Of a stretch of DNA of 17,652 nucleotides, positions 1-7,070 are shown one piece after another. The DNA lies in NCBI GenBank assembly GCA_036270995.1, contig DATBBO010000676.1, positions 1 to 17,652 of the forward strand, written 5' to 3'. The number at the start of each line of letters is the position of its first letter. Positions within the stretch are counted from its first letter, which is position 1. The notes under the pieces were generated by a model, which had not been told where the DNA came from, made no database searches, and saw only the letters and a program-made list of their open reading frames with translations. The DNA is from Dongiaceae bacterium. Lineage in GTDB: Bacteria; Pseudomonadota; Alphaproteobacteria; Dongiales; Dongiaceae. Made by a program: the position numbers and the translations under genes.

Positions 1-393
1 GGAGTTGCGTCCGCCATAGAGCAGGCGCGAGGCGACGTCGCGCCCTTGCGCGTCCGCGCCGAGGAAATAGTTGCGGATGTCCCAGGTCGGACCCAGGGGC
101 ACGGAGCCCAGCCCCAGCCCCTCGGTCGAAGGCTCGATCAGGGCGACGCTCTGGCCGTCGACGATGGTCGTCCCGTCGATATTGGAAGTGAAGGGATCGG
201 TATGAGCGATGTACTCGGCGTAGAGAGGTGCCGCCAGACAGAGCAGCACGATCAGCACGAAAAGCCCGAGCGCGCCCATGGCGGCCCGGTCGGCGACGAG
301 CTTGCGCAGCGCCCGCGCCCAGGGACCGAGGGCAGGCCGCTCTTGAGCGGCCGCCCCCTGCCCCATTTCCGTCGTAACCGGTAGGTCCGTCAT
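1..393 (-). CDS. ABC peptide/nickel-type transporter permease, DppC/OppC-like (N-terminal part only; gene runs off the window start)
   Basis: Absent from the ORF track because it has no stop in the window. My own minus-strand translation from ATG at 393-391 reads MTDLPVTTEMGQGAAAQERPALGPWARALRKLVADRAAMGALGLFVLIVLLCLAAPLYAEYIAHTDPF...GPTWDIRNYFLGADAQGRDVASRLLYGGRNS. It shows one TM helix, a periplasmic loop, then the LG(T/A)D-x2-GRD-x2-SRL-x-G motif typical of OppC/DppC N-termini. It lies 66 bp downstream of the binding-protein gene on the same strand. Confidence 0.75.
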   Translation of the reverse strand, partial: MTDLPVTTEMGQGAAAQERPALGPWARALRKLVADRAAMGALGLFVLIVLLCLAAPLYAEYIAHTDPFTSNIDGTTIVDGQSVALIEPSTEGLGLGSVPLGPTWDIRNYFLGADAQGRDVASRLLYGGRNS

Positions 394-417
394 CCTGACG
401 ACGTCTTCCGATGAGCC

Positions 418-452
418 GGTTGTCGGATCAGCCGATGGCCGATCCGACAACC
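418..452. other. Intercistronic perfect 12-bp inverted repeat (stem-loop) between the binding-protein and permease genes
   Basis: GGTTGTCGGATC (418-429), 11-nt loop AGCCGATGGCC, then GATCCGACAACC (441-452), which is the exact reverse complement. It sits in the 66-bp gap between the SBP stop (460) and the permease start (393). No U-tract follows on the transcribed (minus) strand. Confidence 0.55.
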
Positions 453-459
453 ACCGGAT

Positions 460-2118
460 CTACTGGATCCAGGACGCCGTGTGCTGCCAGTAGTACTGGG
501 CATTGAACACGTAGTTCTTCACGCGCTTCGACAGGAAGTCGATGTATTTCGGCGTAAACAGCACCGCAACCGGCGCCTGGTCGGTCGTCAGCCTGTCGAT
601 CACCGCCCATTGCTTGTTGGCGGCCGCCGGATCGGTGACGCCGAGAGCGAGGGCGGCGTCCATCTTGGCCTGGATGTCCTTGTCGCAGAACCCGGCGATG
701 TTCGGCGAATTGTCCGAGCCCGGATGGAAGGTGCCGCAGCCCAGCAGCACGTTCAGGAAGTCGGAGGCAGCCGGGTAGTCCTGGTACCACTGCGAGACGC
801 TGATCTGGACCTTGTTGTTGGTGTTCTGGATATAGGTGAACTGGATGTTCTGGGAGAGCGCCTTGACGCTGGCGTCATAGCCGATCGCCTTCAGCACGCT
901 CTGCAGATATGTGCCGATGGAGCGGTCGACGGTCAGGTCCTGGACGATGATCGTGACCTTCTGCCCGGCGGTCCCGGATTCCTTCACCAGCTCGCGGGCC
1001 TTGGCCAGATCCGGCGCCGTCCACTTCGTGCCGGGGTTCTTGGTGTAGGGGCAATAGGGCTCATAGCCGGGGAAGCCCGGCGGCAGGACCTGACAGGCGG
1101 GCTGCGCCAGCACCTTGCCGCCGAAGAGCTTCACTGTCGCATTGCGGTCGATGGCGTAGTTCACCGCCTGACGCGCCTTGAGGTTGTTGAAGGGCGGGAT
1201 GTTGACGTTCATCGGCGCATACCACATGGCCGTCAGCGTATTGATATGCACCTGGCTCTTGTACTTGCTGCCGATCTCGGCGAGGCGATCGGGCGGCGGC
1301 TGGTCGAGAGTCCAGTCGGCCTGGCCGTTTTCGATCGCGGTGATCTGGGCCTCCTGGGTCAGGCCGAAGTCGTAATGGACCTCGTCCGGATAGCCATCGG
1401 GCTGGGCGTCCTTGCTCCACTCCTTGAAATAGGGATTGCGGACGACCTTCAGCTGCTTGTTGGGATCGTAGGCGGCGAACATATAGGCGCCGGTCCCGAC
1501 GATGGGCGTGCTGCCCATATCCTTGGCGGGGGTATCCGCCGGCAGGATCACCCCATGGGGCACGGCGAGCTTGTCGAAGAACTCGGCATCGGGGGCCACA
1601 AGATGAATGGTGACCGTGTTCGCCGCCTCATCGGCGACGACACCGCCATCGAGGGTGCAGGTCGCCGGCGTCTTCAGGCAGGCATCGGCGCCGACGATGC
1701 CGTTGTAGAAGGAGCCGGCGGTCGGGGTCGAGACCTTGAAGATGCGCTGGAAGGAGGCGACCACGTCCTTGACCGTGAGCTCGCGCCCGTCGGCGAACTT
1801 GATGCCCTTGCGAATCTTGAAGACATAGGTCTTGCCGCCGTCCTGAGGCGTGGGCATCTCCTCGGCCAGATCCGGCACGATGGTGAAGCCCTCGCTGCCG
1901 GCCGCGTGCTTGAAGGTGACCAGACCGTCATAGACGTACTGATAGATGGTCCAGTATTGCAGCGTGTAGTTGATCTTCGGATCGAGGCTGCCGCCGGCCG
2001 CCTGCGAGAGCAGGCGCATCGTGCCGCCCCGATGATCCGCTGCAGCCGCCGGCTGCAGGCTCGTGGCCATCAGTCCCGCGGCAGCCACGGCTCCCATCAG
2101 CCAAGTTGTTCGACTCAT
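460..2118 (-). CDS. ABC transporter substrate-binding protein, family 5 (peptide/nickel/opine type, DppA/OppA-like)
   Basis: 552-aa ORF with an N-terminal signal peptide (MSRTTWLMGAVAAAGLMATSLQPAAAA). Length and sequence blocks (GGTMRLL, TFKIRKGIKFADGRELTVKDVV, GTGAYMF..YDPN, YDF) are typical of SBP_bac_5 proteins. AGGAAGG Shine-Dalgarno sequence about 7 nt upstream of ATG 2118. Confidence 0.9.
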   Translation of the reverse strand: MSRTTWLMGAVAAAGLMATSLQPAAAADHRGGTMRLLSQAAGGSLDPKINYTLQYWTIYQYVYDGLVTFKHAAGSEGFTIVPDLAEEMPTPQDGGKTYVFKIRKGIKFADGRELTVKDVVASFQRIFKVSTPTAGSFYNGIVGADACLKTPATCTLDGGVVADEAANTVTIHLVAPDAEFFDKLAVPHGVILPADTPAKDMGSTPIVGTGAYMFAAYDPNKQLKVVRNPYFKEWSKDAQPDGYPDEVHYDFGLTQEAQITAIENGQADWTLDQPPPDRLAEIGSKYKSQVHINTLTAMWYAPMNVNIPPFNNLKARQAVNYAIDRNATVKLFGGKVLAQPACQVLPPGFPGYEPYCPYTKNPGTKWTAPDLAKARELVKESGTAGQKVTIIVQDLTVDRSIGTYLQSVLKAIGYDASVKALSQNIQFTYIQNTNNKVQISVSQWYQDYPAASDFLNVLLGCGTFHPGSDNSPNIAGFCDKDIQAKMDAALALGVTDPAAANKQWAVIDRLTTDQAPVAVLFTPKYIDFLSKRVKNYVFNAQYYWQHTASWIQ

Positions 2119-2172
2119 GATTGCCTTCCTTTCATCCCTGTTTGGTTGACGTCAGTCCGTCCTTTGTCGACT

Positions 2173-3093
2173 CTATTCCCCTCGGCGTTCATTTGCGGCC
2201 AAAAAATCCGCTACCAGCTTGAGGCAGACCTCGCCCTCTTCAAGATGCGGCAGGTGGCTCGATTCCTCGAAGACCGTCCAGCGGACATCGGGAATCCGAT
2301 CGGCATAGGGCTGGACCGTTGCCGGCGTCGCTTCGTCATGGCGCCCGGAGATCAGCAGCACCGGCGCCTGGATGCGCTCCAGCCGGTCGATGATGCTCCA
2401 GGTCTTGAGGGTGCCTATCACATGGAATTCGCTGGGCCCGTTCATGGTGTGATAGACGGTCGGGTCTTCCTGCATGTAGCGGAAGCTCCGGTTCAGCGAT
2501 TCCGGCCAGGGATCGAGACGGCAGAGATGGCGGTCGTAGAACACCCTCACCGCTGTGGCATATTCTGGAGAATCCGTCGTGCCTGCGGCCTCGTGCCGGA
2601 GTAGCGCCTGCTGCACCTCCGGCGGCAGCGCCTCGCGCAGGCGATCGGCCTCCTGGACCCAGAGCACCATCGAGGCGGGCGAATCCGAGATCACCAGCGA
2701 GTTGAGGCCCGCGGGTCGGCGCACGCCATGCTCGGCCCCCAGCATGCCGCCCCAGGATTGGCCGAGAAGGTGATAGCCCTTCTCGATCCCGAGATGGCGA
2801 AGCAGGTTGTCGAGCTCTGCCAGGAACAGCTCGACCGTCCAGAAATCGGCGCCCTTCTCGCGGAGATGGGTGGAGCGGCCAGCGCCGAGCTGGTCGTAGA
2901 AGATGACGGCGCGGCCCTCGGCCGCCAGGCGCGAATAGGGCTCGAGATAGTCATGGGTCCCACCGGGCCCGCCATGGAGCGTCACCAGCGGCAACTTGCC
3001 GGAGCCCAGATCGCCGACCACGCGATACCAGGTGCGATGGCCGCGGAACTCGGCATGGCCTTCCTTGCTCGGCAGTGCGGTGCCGCTATCCAA
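2173..3093 (-). CDS. Proline iminopeptidase-family alpha/beta hydrolase (prolyl aminopeptidase / amino-acid amidase type), downstream paralog
   Basis: 306-aa ORF with a TTG start at 3093 preceded by GGAGG. Contains HGGPG oxyanion motif, GQSWGG nucleophile elbow, GRHDEAT (Asp) and SSHLPH (His) in the Ser-Asp-His order of alpha/beta hydrolases. Resembles the TIGR01250-type proline-specific peptidases. About two-thirds identical by eye to the adjacent 3124-4029 product. Confidence 0.85.
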   Translation of the reverse strand: MDSGTALPSKEGHAEFRGHRTWYRVVGDLGSGKLPLVTLHGGPGGTHDYLEPYSRLAAEGRAVIFYDQLGAGRSTHLREKGADFWTVELFLAELDNLLRHLGIEKGYHLLGQSWGGMLGAEHGVRRPAGLNSLVISDSPASMVLWVQEADRLREALPPEVQQALLRHEAAGTTDSPEYATAVRVFYDRHLCRLDPWPESLNRSFRYMQEDPTVYHTMNGPSEFHVIGTLKTWSIIDRLERIQAPVLLISGRHDEATPATVQPYADRIPDVRWTVFEESSHLPHLEEGEVCLKLVADFLAANERRGE

Positions 3094-3123
3094 GGAACTC
3101 GCCTCCGCTACAGGTCGCCGCTG

Positions 3124-4029
3124 TCATTTGTCGTGCTGGGCGAGGAACTCGCCGACGACCTGAAGACAACGTTCGATCTCCTCCACATGGGGCATGTGGC
3201 TCGAATTCTCGAAGATCGTCCAGCGCACATCGGGGATGTGATCAGCATAGGGCTGCACCGTCGCCTTGGTCGCCTCGTCATGGCGCCCGGAGATCAGCAG
3301 GGTCGGCGCCTGGATGCGGTCGAGCTTGTCGATGATGCTCCAGCTCTTGAGGTTGCCCACGACATGGAATTCGCTCGGCCCGTTCATGGTGTGATAGACG
3401 GTCGGATCCTCCTCGATGGCAGCGAAGGTGCGGGCGACCTCCGGCGGCCAAGGCACGCGGCAGACATGCCGGTCGTAGAAGACCCGCACCGCCTTGGCAT
3501 ATTCCGCAGAGCTGGTGGTGCCCGCCTTCTCATGGGCCAGCAAGGTTGCCTGCACATCGGCGGGCAGCTTCTCGCGCAGCTCATTGGCTGCCTGCAGCCA
3601 GAGCTCCATGGAGGCCGGGGAATCGGCGATCACCAGGGCCTTCAGCCCCTTGGGGCGGCGCACCGCATGCTCGGCCGCCAGCATGCCGCCCCAGGACTGG
3701 CCGAGAAGGTGGTAGCGCGCGGCGATGCCCAGATCGGCGAGCAGGTTGTCGAGCTCGGCGAGGAAGAGCTGCGGCGTCCAGAAATCGGAGCCCTTGTCCC
3801 GCAGATGGGTCGAGCGGCCATTGCCGAGCTGGTCGTAATGGACAACCGCACGTCCGTCCTTCGCCAGGCCCTTGAACGAATCGACATAGTCATGGGTGCA
3901 GCCGGGGCCGCCATGGAGGATGACGAGGGGTGGCTTGCCACCCTCGAGGTCGCCGGTGATGCGGTACCAGGTCCGATAGTCCCGGAAGCTGGCATAGCCT
4001 TCCCGGGTCTTGGCGTTCGGCGCGCCCAT
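3124..4029 (-). CDS. Proline iminopeptidase-family alpha/beta hydrolase, promoter-proximal paralog
   Basis: 301-aa ORF with HGGPG, GQSWGG (Ser112), GRHD(251)EAT and SSH(278)MPH. First gene downstream of the 199-bp region shared divergently with the LuxR-type regulator. Confidence 0.87.
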   Translation of the reverse strand: MGAPNAKTREGYASFRDYRTWYRITGDLEGGKPPLVILHGGPGCTHDYVDSFKGLAKDGRAVVHYDQLGNGRSTHLRDKGSDFWTPQLFLAELDNLLADLGIAARYHLLGQSWGGMLAAEHAVRRPKGLKALVIADSPASMELWLQAANELREKLPADVQATLLAHEKAGTTSSAEYAKAVRVFYDRHVCRVPWPPEVARTFAAIEEDPTVYHTMNGPSEFHVVGNLKSWSIIDKLDRIQAPTLLISGRHDEATKATVQPYADHIPDVRWTIFENSSHMPHVEEIERCLQVVGEFLAQHDK

Positions 4030-4228
4030 GGGTGTTCCAGATGCCTTCCCTGTCTTCAGGCCCGAGCCGAGCCGTCGGCTACGACATTTTGTCGGCTAGG
4101 CTAGTGACCGCACCCGCCGATGTAAAGTGCCGGCGCTGCAGTGCACAAAAGCGTGACGGCGCGGCGACGGAAAAATAGTCCCGGGCCCGGCACCCCCGCT
4201 ACCTATCAAAAATGAGAGGATTGGCAAC

Positions 4229-5035
4229 TTGACCCCGGCGGCCGAATCGCTAGCGTCGGAGGCCGTGACCGTCGAACCGGCCCTCTTCGCTCAAGCCCTG
4301 GCCCGGGCGCGCAGCATCCCCGAGCGAGTCGATCTCGCCGCCCGAGAGCTGCTGAAGCTCGGCTTCGATTCCATGTGCTACGACTTCACCCCGGTGCCGC
4401 TCAGCCATCAGGGCCAGGTCATCGCGCCCAATCTCGTCGAGCCGCGCAATGTGCCGGAGAGCTTCACCCGGCTCTGGCTCGAGAAGGGCTATGCCGAGAT
4501 CGACCCGGTCCAGGCGCTAGCCGTGCGCGCCAACCTCCCCTTCGTCTGGTCGGTGCTGGAGGACAGCCGCTCGGCCTTGCGCCAGGTGCTCTCGCCCGCC
4601 CATGCGCCGGTGGTCCGCTATCTTCGGGACACGCGCATGAGCGTCGGCATCACCACGCCCCTGCATCTGCCGGGCGGGGAGTTCGCGACCTTCACCGGCG
4701 TCAGGATCGATCCTGAACCCGGCTTCGAGGCGGATGCGGAGCATCATCTCAGCGATGTCGCCCTCATCGGCGGCCTGCTCCATGCCAGCATCTATCCTTG
4801 CCTCGACAGCAAGATGCGAACCTGCCGCCATGTGCAGCTGACCCGCCGCGAGCGGGAATGCCTGGAATGGTGCGCCCAGGGGCTGACCACCAAGGAGATC
4901 GCCGCCCAGCTCTGCCGCTCGGCGGCGACAGTCACGCTCCATCTGGAGAACGCTGCCCGCAAGCTGGGTGCCCGCAACCGCGCCCAGGCCGTGGAGCGGG
5001 CCGCCCACTACCACTTCCTGGAAGGCGTGCACTGA
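4229..5035 (+). CDS. LuxR-family transcriptional regulator with N-terminal autoinducer-binding-type domain and C-terminal GerE/LuxR HTH (LuxR solo within this window)
   Basis: 268 aa. TTG start at 4229 with GAGAGGA 8 nt upstream. N-domain block SFTRLWLEKGYAEIDPVQALAVRANLPFVWS aligns to the TraR W57-x3-Y61-x8-D70-P71-x13-W85 pocket block. C-terminal LTRRERECLEWCAQGLTTKEIAAQLCRSAATVTLHLENAARKLGARNRAQAV is a canonical LuxR/GerE HTH. Confidence 0.9.
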   Translation: MTPAAESLASEAVTVEPALFAQALARARSIPERVDLAARELLKLGFDSMCYDFTPVPLSHQGQVIAPNLVEPRNVPESFTRLWLEKGYAEIDPVQALAVRANLPFVWSVLEDSRSALRQVLSPAHAPVVRYLRDTRMSVGITTPLHLPGGEFATFTGVRIDPEPGFEADAEHHLSDVALIGGLLHASIYPCLDSKMRTCRHVQLTRRERECLEWCAQGLTTKEIAAQLCRSAATVTLHLENAARKLGARNRAQAVERAAHYHFLEGVH

Positions 5036-5040
5036 AAGCT

Positions 5041-5091
5041 GCGAAGTGGAAGCCTTCGCCTCTCTTCCCCCTACAAGGGGGGCGGGGAAGA
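5041..5091. terminator. Two candidate hairpins between convergent genes (possible bidirectional terminator region)
   Basis: GCGAAG (5041-5046)/CTTCGC (5054-5059) with a 7-nt loop. TCTTCCCC (5063-5070)/GGGGAAGA (5084-5091) with an internal CCC..GGG. No clear U-tract, so support is weak. Confidence 0.3.
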
Positions 5092-5132
5092 CCAGCAAAT
5101 CCCGCGCCGCCTGGGCTTCAGAGCCCGGCCGA

Positions 5133-5638
5133 CTAGCCGGCGGAGGTACCGCCGCTGACCCAGCCATTGGGCCCCTTGCAGAGCCTGACCGTGTCCTCGG
5201 TCATCTTTTCGTTCTGCACCGCGGTCTCGCGGATGTAGCGGCAGGTCCGCCCGCTGCTGTCGGTGAAGAGGGCGCCCACCGCCGTCGCCGTGCCGGAAGC
5301 CTCCGTCTGGAAGAGGACATTGGTCTTGCTCCAGGTGATGGTCGTGCCGGTATTCGCTTCGGCCGCCCTGGCTGCGGCCTGACCCGCGGCCTCTTGGGAG
5401 TGCCGTCGAGGGCATTCGACAGGCGGTTACCGATCAGGCCGCCGGCGGCCATGCCGATGATGACGCCGGCCGGGCTGCCGGAGATCGCATAGCCGATCAG
5501 GCCGCCACCCGCCGCGCCCAGCCCGGTGCCGGCGGTCTCGCCCGAGCTCATATTGCCCACACCGCCCGAGGAGTTGCAGGCCGAGAGAATGAGACAAGCG
5601 GACAGGCCAAGGGCCGCGCCAAGCGACTTACACGTCAT
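5133..5638 (-). pseudogene. Glycine-zipper surface lipoprotein (17-kDa surface antigen / RT0821-type family) interrupted by an apparent 1-nt frameshift near 5399-5402
   Basis: Track ORF 5201-5638 starts with a lipoprotein signal (LILSAC lipobox) and a glycine zipper (GLGAAGGGLIGYAISGSPAGVIIGMAAGGLIGNRL), then turns into an R/P-rich tail. My translation of the frame offset by 2 nt, starting at the third position of the ACT codon, gives SQEAAGQAAARAAEANTGTTITWSKTNVLFQTEASGTATAVGALFTDSSGRTCRYIRETAVQNEKMTEDTVRLCKGPNGWVSGGTSAG, with stop at 5135-5133. That matches the conserved C-terminal pattern of this family (W..., C-R-Y/E, C-x-x-P-[DN]-G-W). Total length is 506 nt, one short of a multiple of three. 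Confidence 0.7.
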
Positions 5639-5809
5639 GCTGGATTCCCCATTGGATGCGACTCGGCGCTAGGCTCGGCGGTTTCTCCGGCAAATTCAAG
5701 CAAGTTGGCCGTCCCCGTTTCGTCATCGAACCGTCAAGGGAGGGGAACGTCCCTCTGTCATGCTCGTCATGATGCGGTCGTCCGGCCGCGCTTTCCCTTG
5801 GAGGATGCG

Positions 5810-7057
5810 ATGAGAAAAGACCTTGGCCTTTATGCCGCCCTGATTCTCTCAAGCTCCCTGCTGGCGGGGAGCGCCGGCGCGATCGAACCCTTGGGAGGGA
5901 GCGATTTCAACGTCAAGGCCAAGGTCGATCTGAAGACCCTCGACCGCAGCAACTTCGTCGCGGTCCTGACCCCGATCGCCAAGGGCGAAGGGGCCAGCGA
6001 GCTGGTCTTCTACGACTTCGCCGACACGCTCTGCGACCTGCTGGCCAAGGAATCCCAGGGCTTCACCGACCAGACCGGCATCAAGGTCAAGCATGTCTGC
6101 GTCGACGGCGATACGGCGACGCAGCAGATCATCGCGGCCAAGCAGTCCGGCAGCAAGCCGCCGGTGGATGTCTTCTTCGGACCCAACAATTCCATGCGGG
6201 CGATGACCAAGGCCGGGGCGATCGCCAATCTGCCGCTCGTGACGCTGGTTCCTCAGGCCCAGGATCTGGACCAGGAGGCGGCGCTGCGCTCCCGCGGCTT
6301 CCAGCATGGCGGCACGGTGCTCCCCTTCCACCGCAACCAGACGGTGATCGCCTATGACGCCGCCAAGATCTCAGCGCCGCCCTCGGGGCTGGTCGAGATC
6401 TTCGATTACGCCAAGGCCCATGACCTGAAGGTGGCGGTGACCAACCCAACCAAGGGCGGCAGCGGCTCGGGCTTCATCGAGAGCGCGCTGTTGGCGCTGG
6501 CGCCGGAATGCAAGAACGACCTCTATGATTTCTCCCTGACCGAGGACCAGGCCAAGGCCGTGGCGGCGCGCTGCATGCCCAAGGTCGTCGCCTTCTTCAA
6601 GGAGCGCCAGGGGCTCATCGACTATACGAACGGCAATGAGAACTCGATCCAGGAGATCGCCAACGGCGTGGTCGGCTTCGCCACGGTCTGGGAAGACGAT
6701 CTCTATACCCTGGCCGCCAAGGGCATGGTGCCCAAGACCGTGAAGCCCATGCTGCTCGCGACCGGCGAGGTCGGCGATGGCGACGGGCTCTTCGTCGTCT
6801 CCTCCACCGACAAGGTCGAGGCGGCGCTGCTCTATGTGAATTTCCTGATGGGCGACCAGGTCCAGATCGACAAGCTGGAGCAGACCGGCAGCCGCACGGC
6901 GCGCCTGGATCTGCAGACCGCCGGCAAGATTCCGGACCGGCTTGCCACATATCTCGTGCCCGACCAGCTCTATCACGAGCGGACCCGGGCGCGGATCAAC
7001 GGGCAGATCAGCGACGCGGCGGCGGACATCTTCGTCGCCCAAGTGATCGCCCAATAG
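5810..7057 (+). CDS. ABC transporter periplasmic substrate-binding protein (family 1, PotD/AfuA/PhnS-like)
   Basis: The track ORF starts at 5705. I prefer ATG 5810 (in frame, GGAGGA at 5800-5805), which gives MRKDLGLYAALILSSSLLAGSAGA as a signal peptide. About 415 aa. First gene of the SBP-ATPase-permease-permease cluster. Confidence 0.85.
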   Translation: MRKDLGLYAALILSSSLLAGSAGAIEPLGGSDFNVKAKVDLKTLDRSNFVAVLTPIAKGEGASELVFYDFADTLCDLLAKESQGFTDQTGIKVKHVCVDGDTATQQIIAAKQSGSKPPVDVFFGPNNSMRAMTKAGAIANLPLVTLVPQAQDLDQEAALRSRGFQHGGTVLPFHRNQTVIAYDAAKISAPPSGLVEIFDYAKAHDLKVAVTNPTKGGSGSGFIESALLALAPECKNDLYDFSLTEDQAKAVAARCMPKVVAFFKERQGLIDYTNGNENSIQEIANGVVGFATVWEDDLYTLAAKGMVPKTVKPMLLATGEVGDGDGLFVVSSTDKVEAALLYVNFLMGDQVQIDKLEQTGSRTARLDLQTAGKIPDRLATYLVPDQLYHERTRARINGQISDAAADIFVAQVIAQ

Positions 7058-7070
7058 CCGGGCCGGCGCC

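Noticed and set aside
481-2604. 707-aa plus-strand ORF spanning the antisense of the binding-protein gene and part of a pip gene
   Set aside because: It is R/G/A/L/D/V-rich and resembles no protein family. It lies exactly opposite two ORFs with strong family signatures. Long stop-free antisense frames are expected at this GC content.
2728-4104. 458-aa plus-strand ORF, with internal self-similarity, opposite both pip genes (also 2555-2773 and 3494-3715)
   Set aside because: The self-similarity only mirrors the tandem pip duplication on the other strand. The composition is typical antisense high-GC noise.
4127-4146. Possible tra/lux-box (GTGC-N12-GCAC with CTGCAGTGCAC)
   Set aside because: Only the outer 4 bp are symmetric, so it is not a convincing 18-20-bp palindrome. 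I kept it only as a low-confidence note in the control-region finding.
5201-5398. R/P-rich C-terminal tail of track ORF 5201-5638
   Set aside because: It is not a real protein sequence. The adjacent frame encodes the conserved C-terminal domain of the lipoprotein family, so the tail is a product of the frameshift.
5705-5809. Upstream extension of the binding-protein ORF; similarly 7967-8086 for the first permease
   Set aside because: The extensions precede good internal starts (a signal peptide with GGAGGA, and an ATGA-coupled start). In the permease case the extension lies inside the ATPase gene.
7054-7065. The 12-mer ATAGCCGGGCCG follows two different stop codons (7054-7065 and 10619-10630)
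   Set aside because: Several chance 12-mer repeats are expected in 17.6 kb of biased composition. There is no extended similarity or structure around them.
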